This document shows positions 36,471 through 44,752 of a stretch of DNA of 64,000 nt, piece after piece. This stretch comes from a phage. Location: the sequence record PX436236.1; one strand, 5' to 3'. Made by a program: the position numbers and the translations under genes. Position 1 is the first letter of the stretch; each line of letters starts with the position of its first letter. The notes below the pieces were generated by a model that was given only the letters and a program-made list of their open reading frames with translations, did no database searches and had not been told where the DNA came from.

Positions 36471-36869
36471 TTATTTCATTTTTGCGAGGCAAATTTCATT
36501 GGCTTCCCATTGAGCTTGCTTAATAATAGCTTTGGATACAGGAGCCCTTTGGCCATAAGTTTTTGACGTTGAGAGAACAATATGTTTGTTTGCTTCATTA
36601 TGCCAGCCCCATGATTTTTCGCCATGAGTACCTTTAACTACAGCTGACACCTCAACAGAGCAACCACCATCAGAAATCTTGGTTTCGACAACCCATTCAT
36701 TTCTCTCAGCAGCTTCAATTTCTAATCTAGTTTTTTCTTCATACATCGCGGCCCAATCAGTTTTTGCCAAGTTGAAAGTAAGAGCTTTCTCTAGTTCTTT
36801 GGCATATTTTTGTTGTTCAGGTGTTAATGAATTATACAACTCTTGCATTTCTTTATCTTCGATATTCAT
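36471..36869 (-). CDS. Hypothetical protein
   Basis: 132-aa ORF; promoter TTTACA-N17-TATTAT with a GGGCTCAT/ATGAGCCC hairpin upstream. Confidence 0.4.
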   Translation of the reverse strand: MNIEDKEMQELYNSLTPEQQKYAKELEKALTFNLAKTDWAAMYEEKTRLEIEAAERNEWVVETKISDGGCSVEVSAVVKGTHGEKSWGWHNEANKHIVLSTSKTYGQRAPVSKAIIKQAQWEANEICLAKMK

Positions 36870-36927
36870 TATGTTCTCCTCAAATTATGGGCTCATAATA
36901 TCTTAATCATGAGCCCATGTAAACGTT

Positions 36928-37191
36928 TTATTTCATATTATTGAAATAATTTTCTGCATCAAAATCATTACCATGGTAAACTTTGGTAGACGATTTGGCG
37001 TAACCTTCAGCTGAGAACATATTAATCACAACTTTAATTGTATACCACTGTCCATCTTCATTACCCATTACTGCATAGGTTTCATACACCGGGTGTTCAG
37101 GACCGATAACCTTAATATCGTTAACTGTGGCACCAAATTCTTCCGGAACACATTTCATAAAGAAATTAAACACTTCACCATAATTATCCAT
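36928..37191 (-). CDS. Hypothetical small protein
   Basis: Start MDNYGEV at 37191 with AAGGAGAG SD. Confidence 0.4.
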   Translation of the reverse strand: MDNYGEVFNFFMKCVPEEFGATVNDIKVIGPEHPVYETYAVMGNEDGQWYTIKVVINMFSAEGYAKSSTKVYHGNDFDAENYFNNMK

Positions 37192-37215
37192 TTTACTCTC
37201 CTTCACTCTGTTGTT

Positions 37216-37255
37216 TTGATAGGTCTATAGTATCATGTTCTACGAAAGAGTAAAC
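37216..37255 (-). promoter_or_regulatory. PeSL-type early promoter/stem-loop repeat
   Basis: GTTTAC-N17-TACTAT with the conserved core. Confidence 0.5.
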
Positions 37256-37279
37256 ATCTTTTTTAAACCTTTTAGAAAC

Positions 37280-37307
37280 AAAAAAGGCCCAACCTTTCGG
37301 AAGGGCC
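37280..37307 (-). terminator. Hairpin terminator (GGCCC...GGGCC plus U-run)
   Basis: Same hairpin sequence as at 38418-38438; just after the stop at 37313. Confidence 0.5.
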
Positions 37308-37312
37308 TAGAA

Positions 37313-37867
37313 TCAGTTCTTGTAGAACCGGAATGGGTTTATGTGGAAGGCTAACATAGCCTTAGGGATTTTACGAGACAAAAGACTCTTAAGTTTCCAA
37401 CCACAGTATACACGAAGGTAAAAGGTAATCCCACCTACTTTAAGATACGGAACTGAAGCAAAGACTCCCCATGCTTCGTCATTCCACATCCATAACCATC
37501 CATGATGAGCTTTATCAGGAGAACCGGATTCAACGTCAGGATTACCACGATAATGGAATTCTGAGCTACAATCGCGTCCAAGTTTATGGTAAGCAAAGTT
37601 ATAAGCTTTATTTCGCCATAGCCAAGCTACCCTCTGGAGATAAACACCGCCCGGCATTTTCCTGATTTTAGCCCAACGTTTAATATGACCTTTGTCACCG
37701 TCAATTGGATTATCGTATGTCATCATCCAATCAAAGCCGTACGGTAATTTACCTGTCTTTTTATTGTGGAAAGGAACCACAAATGGGGCAAGGATAACAG
37801 CCAGAACCATAGAGATAAAATCTAGTGGGACCAACAGAACCCAACTCAAATATTTTAAAAGTTTCAT
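37313..37867 (-). CDS. Signal-anchored or membrane protein (184 aa)
   Basis: Start MKLLKYLSWVLLV at 37867; the longer ORF to 37972 would run through a terminator hairpin. Confidence 0.4.
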   Translation of the reverse strand: MKLLKYLSWVLLVPLDFISMVLAVILAPFVVPFHNKKTGKLPYGFDWMMTYDNPIDGDKGHIKRWAKIRKMPGGVYLQRVAWLWRNKAYNFAYHKLGRDCSSEFHYRGNPDVESGSPDKAHHGWLWMWNDEAWGVFASVPYLKVGGITFYLRVYCGWKLKSLLSRKIPKAMLAFHINPFRFYKN

Positions 37868-37885
37868 ATATTTCTCTAAGTTAAC

Positions 37886-37906
37886 CAAAAAGCCCCAGAT
37901 GGGGCT
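37886..37906 (-). terminator. Hairpin terminator AGCCCCA-tct-GGGGCT plus U-run
   Basis: Immediately after the internal-protein gene stop at 37911. Confidence 0.5.
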
Positions 37907-37910
37907 TTCG

Positions 37911-38375
37911 TTATTTGATTTGTTTAGCAGACCAGATACGGTCTTTGATGATTTTCTGAATATCTTCAACATACTCTAAGTCGTGAGCATGTGGATTATC
38001 TTTGAAGCTATGTGCTCGTGCCAGTTTCTGGCCTTCTGTTTTGATTACTAAAAGCTCTTTAAGAATTGCTTCATACTTAGAAATAATTCCTTTGGCGATA
38101 TTTTTTTCTTGAGCGGCTTTAGGGTCCGCTTTTGACGCAGGTGCTTTACCTGTAGCTTTCTGGAACAATTCACCTGATGCAGCTAGGCTTTTAAAAACTC
38201 GGCTAACAGTATTAGCATTAGTAAAACCTTCGGCTTTAAAATCTTTAATAAAACGGAAACGTTCTTCATCAGAGGCGTCTTTGTAAGAATATTTACCTGC
38301 TTGAATTGCTGCAATCGCAGCGGCTTTTACATCTGAACTAGATTGTTCAGTCAAAAATTCATTGTAAGTTTTCAT
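37911..38375 (-). CDS. Internal-protein-type virion cargo protein (CTS MKTYNEFLTEQ), no T4 counterpart recognised
   Basis: N-terminal CTS; 154 aa; own late promoter and flanking terminators. Confidence 0.55.
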   Translation of the reverse strand: MKTYNEFLTEQSSSDVKAAAIAAIQAGKYSYKDASDEERFRFIKDFKAEGFTNANTVSRVFKSLAASGELFQKATGKAPASKADPKAAQEKNIAKGIISKYEAILKELLVIKTEGQKLARAHSFKDNPHAHDLEYVEDIQKIIKDRIWSAKQIK

Positions 38376-38402
38376 ATTATTTCCTAAGTTAGTTTACTAC
38401 AT

Positions 38403-38410
38403 ATTTATAC
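38403..38410 (-). promoter_or_regulatory. T4-type late promoter TATAAATA
   Basis: Minus-strand TATAAATA about 25 nt upstream of the internal-protein gene start. Confidence 0.5.
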
Positions 38411-38438
38411 AAAAAAAGCCCAACCTTTCGGAAGGGCC
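38411..38438 (-). terminator. Hairpin terminator downstream of the tRNA cluster
   Basis: GCCC..GGGC hairpin with GNRA-type loop and a 7-nt U-run on the minus-strand transcript. Confidence 0.5.
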
Positions 38439-38489
38439 TTTAACCTAGGGTAACCTTGTCGGGGTTCCACCTGCTAGGCAAGTGTTTGT

Positions 38490-38562
38490 ACGAAACGCCG
38501 GGATTCGAACCCGGTTATTAAGTAGTTGACGCCACTCAATATTTTTAAAAGGCCATATCTCG
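38490..38562 (-). ncRNA. tRNA-like element (possible degenerate tRNA or stable RNA)
   Basis: Perfect T-arm CCGGG-TTCGAAT-CCCGG, 6/7 acceptor pairing and canonical 73-nt spacing, but D and anticodon stems pair poorly. Confidence 0.25.
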
Positions 38563-38820
38563 ACCATATCCGAACGTTCCGTCAAAAACGCTACTCGGCT
38601 TACGGCAAAGATATTTCCTCGAATCGATAATTCGGTGCGCCGTTTCTGCTGTGATGTAAGGGGACGTTAACAGATCGTAAAGATTTGTTAATGCCAGTCC
38701 TTACTCAGGGAACATCAGTCCGACGACTTACCGGTAGCGACCCGGTTTCTTGTTTGTTGCGCCGGTGAATGCTGGTAATCAGTCTTCATACGACGGCTTG
38801 ACTATATAATAGTCTTCATT

Positions 38821-38895
38821 TGGTATCCCGCCCTGGGATCGAACCAGGACCGCAAACTTAGAAGGATCGTATGCTATCCATTACACCAGCGGGAC
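38821..38895 (-). tRNA. tRNA, probable Arg (anticodon UCU)
   Basis: Cloverleaf on minus strand: acceptor GTCCCGC/GCGGGAT, T-arm CCTGG-TTCGATC-CCAGG, anticodon loop CTTCTAA, encoded CCA. Confidence 0.7.
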
Positions 38896-38900
38896 GTAGT

Positions 38901-38977
38901 TGGTGACCCAGACCAGATTTGAACTGGTAACCTTTCCCTTATGAGGGGACTGCTGCTAACCATTGAGCTACAGGGCC
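38901..38977 (-). tRNA. tRNA with anticodon CAU (Met or Ile2)
   Basis: Acceptor GGCCCTG, D-arm TAGCTCAATGGTTAGC, anticodon loop CTCATAA, T-loop TTCAAAT, encoded CCA. Confidence 0.7.
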
Positions 38978-38982
38978 TTAAA

Positions 38983-39255
38983 TCAAACTACAAATCCAGC
39001 AGGAGCATTATCATCTTTAGCCATGTGCTGAATTGTATGATAAGTCATTTCTTCAGGAGCAACCAGATAAGCCGCAGCGTTAACTAGTGGAATTATTTTT
39101 GGTTTAGCGAATGTGCTATCGGCAATTGCCATAAAGGGCTCGCCGTCGGTCTCAACTTCACCAAATTGACATTCATACGAAATAGAACAACGTTTGGTAG
39201 TTGTTGTCTTGGTTTCTGGGTCGTAAAAAGCTAATTTTAATACTAACATAAACAC
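38983..39255 (-). CDS. Hypothetical protein
   Basis: 90-aa ORF ending 6 nt upstream of the tRNA cluster. Confidence 0.35.
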   Translation of the reverse strand: MFMLVLKLAFYDPETKTTTTKRCSISYECQFGEVETDGEPFMAIADSTFAKPKIIPLVNAAAYLVAPEEMTYHTIQHMAKDDNAPAGFVV

Positions 39256-39428
39256 CTCAAATAAAATTAAGTAAAGTAAGTTTGATTAATAGACCTTGTC
39301 TATTATGAAAGGCTCTTTGAGGGAAGAACCTTTGGTAATAGAGGGTTACTTAATAATGTTAGAGTAATAATAACACATTACTCTTAAAGCATATTACTAT
39401 TTTTAGGAATAGTCTGGTCAAATTTGAT

Positions 39429-39719
39429 TCATTGTGGCCACATATTAATGTAATCAAGTTTAATAGAAGCAATCTTCAAAGGATTTTTAAAGATGTCGTA
39501 TTCGATCAATCCGTTTTCAGTTGCGGTGTAGAAAGTAAAGTTAACAGAATTATAACGGCGACCATTAACTTTTAGTTTAACGTCGCTTGAACTACGACCA
39601 ATATTAACCTGTTGGACATCAAGCACAGCACCTTTGCCAAAGTTGCGAATCAGTAGCTCTGCTGCAACCTGGTCTGAATTATAGCCATTCTCTGGATTAG
39701 TAACCTTAACGTATAGCAT
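39429..39719 (-). CDS. Hypothetical protein
   Basis: 96-aa ORF. Confidence 0.35.
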   Translation of the reverse strand: MLYVKVTNPENGYNSDQVAAELLIRNFGKGAVLDVQQVNIGRSSSDVKLKVNGRRYNSVNFTFYTATENGLIEYDIFKNPLKIASIKLDYINMWPQ

Positions 39720-40100
39720 TTAACCCTCGTCTACAATAGTATGGGTATTAGCATTAACAATCTGCCACCAGTCAAAACGATTGGAACCGTAAAGAGGGTT
39801 ATTCTCATTTTCTTTAATGATATCGCGCAGTTCATCTTCAGTAGCGGCCTTTGCGATTAAGTCGGCATAACCGCCACGAGGGTAATAGTTATCACCCGCA
39901 AAGAGCAAAAAGTTTGTTTTGATATTCTTGAATTCTTCAAGTGTAATAACGGACCCATTGGGTTGAACAATATCCACATAACTATACCCTAATTCCTGGG
40001 CTTTATCTACCGCCTCAAGCAGGGTGTCGTGTGCCCACCCAATTTGACAATCTGGTTTTTCAGATGGATTTGCCTGATAATCTGCATACACTTTATACAT
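39720..40100 (-). CDS. Hypothetical protein (126 aa)
   Basis: Start MYKVYADYQ at 40100 with AAGGTGAG SD. Confidence 0.4.
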   Translation of the reverse strand: MYKVYADYQANPSEKPDCQIGWAHDTLLEAVDKAQELGYSYVDIVQPNGSVITLEEFKNIKTNFLLFAGDNYYPRGGYADLIAKAATEDELRDIIKENENNPLYGSNRFDWWQIVNANTHTIVDEG

Positions 40101-40101
40101 T

Positions 40102-40287
40102 TTACTCACCTTTAGAGATTTTATCCATAACAAAAGAAATTGAACCAATTAAAAATGCCACTACTAAAGAGATTATATTCTCGGAAGTTGAAAGCATATC
40201 GAGCATGAATCCTGCAAACATACTAAAGCCAAAAGCGGTAACAGCGGCCAGTGCAGTAACATTTCTAATTAATTCACAACGTTTCAT
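40102..40287 (-). CDS. Small membrane protein (61 aa)
   Basis: MKRCELIRNVTALAAVTAFGFSMFAGFML...; GGAGAA SD; PeSL promoter upstream. Confidence 0.4.
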   Translation of the reverse strand: MKRCELIRNVTALAAVTAFGFSMFAGFMLDMLSTSENIISLVVAFLIGSISFVMDKISKGE

Positions 40288-40312
40288 TTTATTCTCCAAT
40301 CACTCATTTGTT

Positions 40313-40352
40313 TTGATAGGTCTATAGTATCACACCTATAGACCTTGTAAAC
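40313..40352 (-). promoter_or_regulatory. PeSL-type early promoter/stem-loop repeat
   Basis: GTTTACA-aggtctataggtgtga-TACTAT; spacer identical to the copy at 31939-31978. Confidence 0.5.
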
Positions 40353-40354
40353 AA

Positions 40355-40627
40355 TTATTTTAGATAAATTGCATACTTTTTATAACCAGCTGTTTCGTGA
40401 CGCAACCCTTTTTCATTAGCAAAACGTTCAATATTGTTAATTTGATTCTGGTCGAGTTCTGAAGTATCAAAAACAAAAAAGTTTCGCTTATTGCCTAAAG
40501 TTACGTGATTAGTCAAATCGATGTTATAGAGATGATTTATATCATCAATCATAGTCTTAACAGATTTGTTAATTTTTACTTCCTCATTAAGAATAGATTC
40601 AGCGATAAATTCTTGATAAGTTTTCAT
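40355..40627 (-). CDS. ipI: Internal protein I-like (CTS MKTYQEFIAES)
   Basis: N-terminal CTS; 90 aa; lies beside 57B as T4 ipI does. Confidence 0.55.
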   Translation of the reverse strand: MKTYQEFIAESILNEEVKINKSVKTMIDDINHLYNIDLTNHVTLGNKRNFFVFDTSELDQNQINNIERFANEKGLRHETAGYKKYAIYLK

Positions 40628-40650
40628 TTTGATTTCCGTGCGGTTAGTTT

Positions 40651-40692
40651 GTTTACAAGGTCTATAGTATCATGCCTATAGACCTTGTAAAC
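40651..40692 (-). promoter_or_regulatory. Palindromic PeSL promoter
   Basis: GTTTACAAGGTCTATAG-gcatgatac-CTATAGACCTTGTAAAC near-perfect palindrome carrying GTTTAC on both strands. Confidence 0.45.
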
Positions 40693-40703
40693 ACCTTTTT
40701 AAA

Positions 40704-41396
<693 letters not shown>

Positions 41397-41404
<8 letters not shown>

Positions 41405-42158
41405 TTTTATTTCCTAATAATTTATCAATAGTGGTGTATAGTTCAGAAAGAGTGCCGTTATTTTCAATAACAACGTCACCGGGTAAAATTGGTAGACCCG
41501 CTTCAGTGATGTGCGAGTCTTGTACTTGACCGGTTTCAGCGCGAACTACATGAATAATCGTAGCACCCATCGCTCTGAGCGAATCAATTTCGTGTGTTTG
41601 ACGAACATCAGGTACGACATAGTATTTCGCATCAGAGTATATTTTATCAAAATAGTCTAAAGCGAACAACTTAACCCAATACATCTTATCAAATTGGTTA
41701 ACAATAATATCAGTCCCAAGGGTCTGCATGAGACGACGTACTGACCAATTGTTATTTTTATTTATTACTTCAAACAGTTGGTCTTTTGTTTCTTCAGACA
41801 GATACTGGACTGGGGTAAGACCATAATGATATGCGGTACGAACGTCCATTCCTGGAATAGGAAGGATATTATTCAGTTTGACAATAGCATTTTCAAAGAT
41901 ATCAATCACATCATATGGTTTTAAAGGAATGATTTCTTCACGGTCGTAACCGATACCTTCAAAACAGTTAAAATCTAGTTTAGGCATGTAACTACGGTCG
42001 AATACAGGGTCATCAGAGATGTATTCATAGGCTTCAGCCAGATACTTTTTAATAGGACCTGCGAGCTGAAATTTTACCGAATCCATATTTTCGATTACAT
42101 AGTTAGCAACGGTATCCTTACCGCTACGTTTGATTCCTACAATTGATATTAGTTTCAT
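41397..42158 (-). CDS. 1: Deoxynucleoside monophosphate kinase gp1
   Basis: P-loop GIKRSGKDT; ...WSVRRLMQTLGTDIIVN...YWVKLFALDY...; T4 gp1-like. Confidence 0.85.
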
Positions 42159-42748
42159 TATTTTCTCATAGATGGATGCATAGACATACGAGCCACTCGT
42201 TGTTCGGCATACGAATCAATTTGTGGACGACCTGTAACTATTGTACCATCTATTTCTACAGCAAACGATTTGAAGTTGAATGTTGCTGTGGCGATAATCG
42301 CCGGGTCAGAATCCTCTTTATAAGAGTACTGGATTTCCGAGAGGTCGGATGGCCAACCACCGTAGTAATGAATGCTCATTACGATTTTCTGTTTGTTGTT
42401 ATCAAGGATGTGGAGGGTGATAGCTTCCGGTTGACCTTTAGGATGCCAGGCTTCTGAATCATGGGTTACATAGTTGTTTAATGACAACATCCACTTATAA
42501 ACGTCAAGCCACGATTTCAATTCACGGTCCACAAGAAAGTTCACAATCAATGGGTCGAATTCTACAGTAGAACCTGGCAGCTTAGCACGATGTATGCCCT
42601 GGGTCGATCCTGGGACGTCTGAGACCGGAATATGGATACCCGGTAGTGTTACATCTTGTACGTTCAATTTGAATGCCTGCGTCATTCCTGCGTCACTAAC
42701 CTCTAAGATAAAGTTAGTAGTGTTAGTTTGGTTAAATAAACCGTTCAT
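42158..42748 (-). CDS. 3: Tail completion / sheath stabiliser gp3
   Basis: Start MNGLFNQTNTTNFILEV at 42748; ...VIMSIHYYGGWPS...; the longer ORF to 42883 would overlap gp2. Confidence 0.75.
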   Translation of the reverse strand: MNGLFNQTNTTNFILEVSDAGMTQAFKLNVQDVTLPGIHIPVSDVPGSTQGIHRAKLPGSTVEFDPLIVNFLVDRELKSWLDVYKWMLSLNNYVTHDSEAWHPKGQPEAITLHILDNNKQKIVMSIHYYGGWPSDLSEIQYSYKEDSDPAIIATATFNFKSFAVEIDGTIVTGRPQIDSYAEQRVARMSMHPSMRK

Positions 42749-42830
42749 AGGGTTCCTATATTGCTTAAGTCCCAGACAGTGTATAATGGTCCTAGGTCTG
42801 TTCCATTCAATAACTGGCTGGGATAATAGA

Positions 42831-43667
42831 TTATGAATTCTTCCATACTTTCTGAGCTGAATAACGCTTACCTTTCGATACAAATTGCTGGAGTGGTAAT
42901 CCTATTACATTAGCCCAATCAGACGGTTTTATCTCTACTAAAGGTCCCTTAATATTTCCAGGGATATAAGCCTTAATCATCACGTCGGCGCCAGCGAATC
43001 CTTTTACCTTACTCCAATCGATTTTTAATTTAGTCGAGTTCGTAATGGTAGGCGTACTCGCGTATTGCTTCAGCAATTCTTCCAGAAATTGCTGACGTGC
43101 TTTAGGTGGAATATAGTGTAAGTTCAGTCCGTACATTAAATTATGCTTACCTAACCCAAGATAAATTATTAAAGGATATTTGTCCCAGTATGGTAGGGTA
43201 TCCTTATGTTTGGCATCATAGATATAAGCATAAAGCTTACCAGGAGACGGTTTAGATACCTGGTGCCCACGAATTCCTTTCTTTAATGTTTCTGTAAACC
43301 ATTTAGCCGATTTATTGTTTACAGCGGCGCCCTCGTTAGCAATCTTATCACGAATACTCTTTCTAAAACTATTCACCAAAATTAATTGACGTTCGGCTTT
43401 GGTTAATTTATTGCCAGGTTTCTTCTGAAGTTTTTCAACCTGTACAGCAGTTTTAATTCGACTCGAGTATCGAGACATCGCAGATGTAAAGCTAGAATAC
43501 TTGATGCCTTTATCTTCAGCGAATTTCTTAGCCGAAACACCTTTAGCCTTAGCGTTGGCATATTCAACGCCTAAAGCTATCCATTGTTGTTCTGAACGAG
43601 TAGGCTTGGAACCTTTTGTAGTTTCAGTAGCCTCGTTGATGTAAGAAAATATACTCATCCTTTCCAT
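42831..43667 (-). CDS. 2: DNA end-protector protein gp2
   Basis: ...[23 protein letters not shown]...[28 protein letters not shown]...; T4 gp2-like. Confidence 0.8.
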   Translation of the reverse strand: MERMSIFSYINEATETTKGSKPTRSEQQWIALGVEYANAKAKGVSAKKFAEDKGIKYSSFTSAMSRYSSRIKTAVQVEKLQKKPGNKLTKAERQLILVNSFRKSIRDKIANEGAAVNNKSAKWFTETLKKGIRGHQVSKPSPGKLYAYIYDAKHKDTLPYWDKYPLIIYLGLGKHNLMYGLNLHYIPPKARQQFLEELLKQYASTPTITNSTKLKIDWSKVKGFAGADVMIKAYIPGNIKGPLVEIKPSDWANVIGLPLQQFVSKGKRYSAQKVWKNS

Positions 43668-44104
43668 CCTAATTTTTTCAGTGAGTTTTCGGTAATCAAT
43701 CTGAAATTAATTCCCATTTTATCTGCTGTAGCTTTAGCAGCTTTCCATTTATCTTTATTTACACTCCATGTATAATGTTCGTTGATATATCTCTTTTTAG
43801 CAGCTGTAGTCATTTTAGCAGGCGCCGCTGGAGGATGGGTCTCTTTAAAAGGTTTGACTTCGAAAAAGAATTGTTGACCATTGTCGAACTTCACCCAGAA
43901 GTCCATAAAATACCGACGTTTCTTTCCATCAGCGTTACTAAAATATGGAATCACAACCTCTTCCGAGTTCCACTGGACGACATTAGGATGGTTGTCAAGC
44001 CAACGCATAAGCCATGCTTCCCAAGAGGAACGATATTGGATTTTCTTCCAATCACCTTTATATTTTTGTAAGTTTGTAGGTTTAAATTTCCCTGAGTAGG
44101 CCAT
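43655..44104 (-). CDS. 4: Head completion protein gp4
   Basis: [37 protein letters not shown]...; T4 gp4-like; RBS GGAGG. Confidence 0.85.
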   Translation of the reverse strand: MAYSGKFKPTNLQKYKGDWKKIQYRSSWEAWLMRWLDNHPNVVQWNSEEVVIPYFSNADGKKRRYFMDFWVKFDNGQQFFFEVKPFKETHPPAAPAKMTTAAKKRYINEHYTWSVNKDKWKAAKATADKMGINFRLITENSLKKLGWKG

Positions 44105-44114
44105 AGTGCCTCCT

Positions 44115-44137
44115 TATAAATATTAATATTATTTATA
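44115..44137. promoter_or_regulatory. Divergent late promoters: TATAAATA on plus (44115-44122, for gp53) and on minus (44130-44137, for gp4)
   Basis: Two TATAAATA boxes in opposite orientation inside a 45-bp spacer flanked by mirror-image GGAGGCACT-ATG initiation regions. Confidence 0.55.
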
Positions 44138-44149
44138 CTCGGAGGCACT

Positions 44150-44752
44150 ATGCTCTTCTCATTTTTCGATCCTATAAATTACGAATCAAAAACAGTCAAG
44201 CCAGATTCCGGCTCATTAACTGATGCCGATGTACTGAGCGTACCGATGACTGATATATTTAGAAACTATAAAGAATATTTTGATAAAGTGGCTAAAAATT
44301 ATACACTTAAAACATATTATATCAGTGGGGCCCCTCGTCCAGAAGAATTAGCCCATCAACTTTATGGTAACGTGCAATTATATTGGGTTTTATTGATGTG
44401 TAATAACGTATACGACCCTTATTACGGCTGGATTACAGGCCAAGAATCTGCGTATCAAGCAGCTATTCAACGTTATGCTACTGCAGGCGGAAACCAAGTC
44501 CTTTATCATGTCAATGAAAAGGGTGAGAAATTCTGGAATCTAGTAAATACTCCGGAAAATCCTTATACTTGGTACGATAAAGGTGATACAGAAAAACGTT
44601 ATCCTCAATATGAAGGTCCTTTGGCTGCAGTAGATATTTACGAGGACGCCATTCGTAAAAATGAATATAAGCGCGAAATAAAGATTATAGACCCTAATGA
44701 CATCGAGTCCTTTGTTTCCGCTTTAATTAGAGAAATGGAAAAAGCGCTATGA
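44150..44752 (+). CDS. 53: Baseplate wedge protein gp53
   Basis: MLFSFFDPINY...MTDIFRNYKEYF...LYWVLLMCNNVYDPYYGWIT; T4 gp53-like. Confidence 0.85.
   Translation: MLFSFFDPINYESKTVKPDSGSLTDADVLSVPMTDIFRNYKEYFDKVAKNYTLKTYYISGAPRPEELAHQLYGNVQLYWVLLMCNNVYDPYYGWITGQESAYQAAIQRYATAGGNQVLYHVNEKGEKFWNLVNTPENPYTWYDKGDTEKRYPQYEGPLAAVDIYEDAIRKNEYKREIKIIDPNDIESFVSALIREMEKAL

Noticed and set aside
37868-37972. N-terminal extension of ORF 37313-37972
   Set aside because: The extension would read through a hairpin terminator (37886-37906); an ATG at 37867 gives a sensible start, so the shorter gene is annotated.
38563-38820. Additional canonical tRNA genes in the ORF-free tract
   Set aside because: No further T-arm (GTTCRANYC) or acceptor-stem pairing could be found by eye; the tract may still encode non-tRNA structured RNA.
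16286-40692. Recurring roughly 20-bp conserved motif as a possible CRISPR array
   Set aside because: Copies are kilobases apart at irregular spacing, each sits immediately upstream of a gene start and carries -35 and -10 promoter elements; this is a promoter repeat, not a repeat-spacer array.
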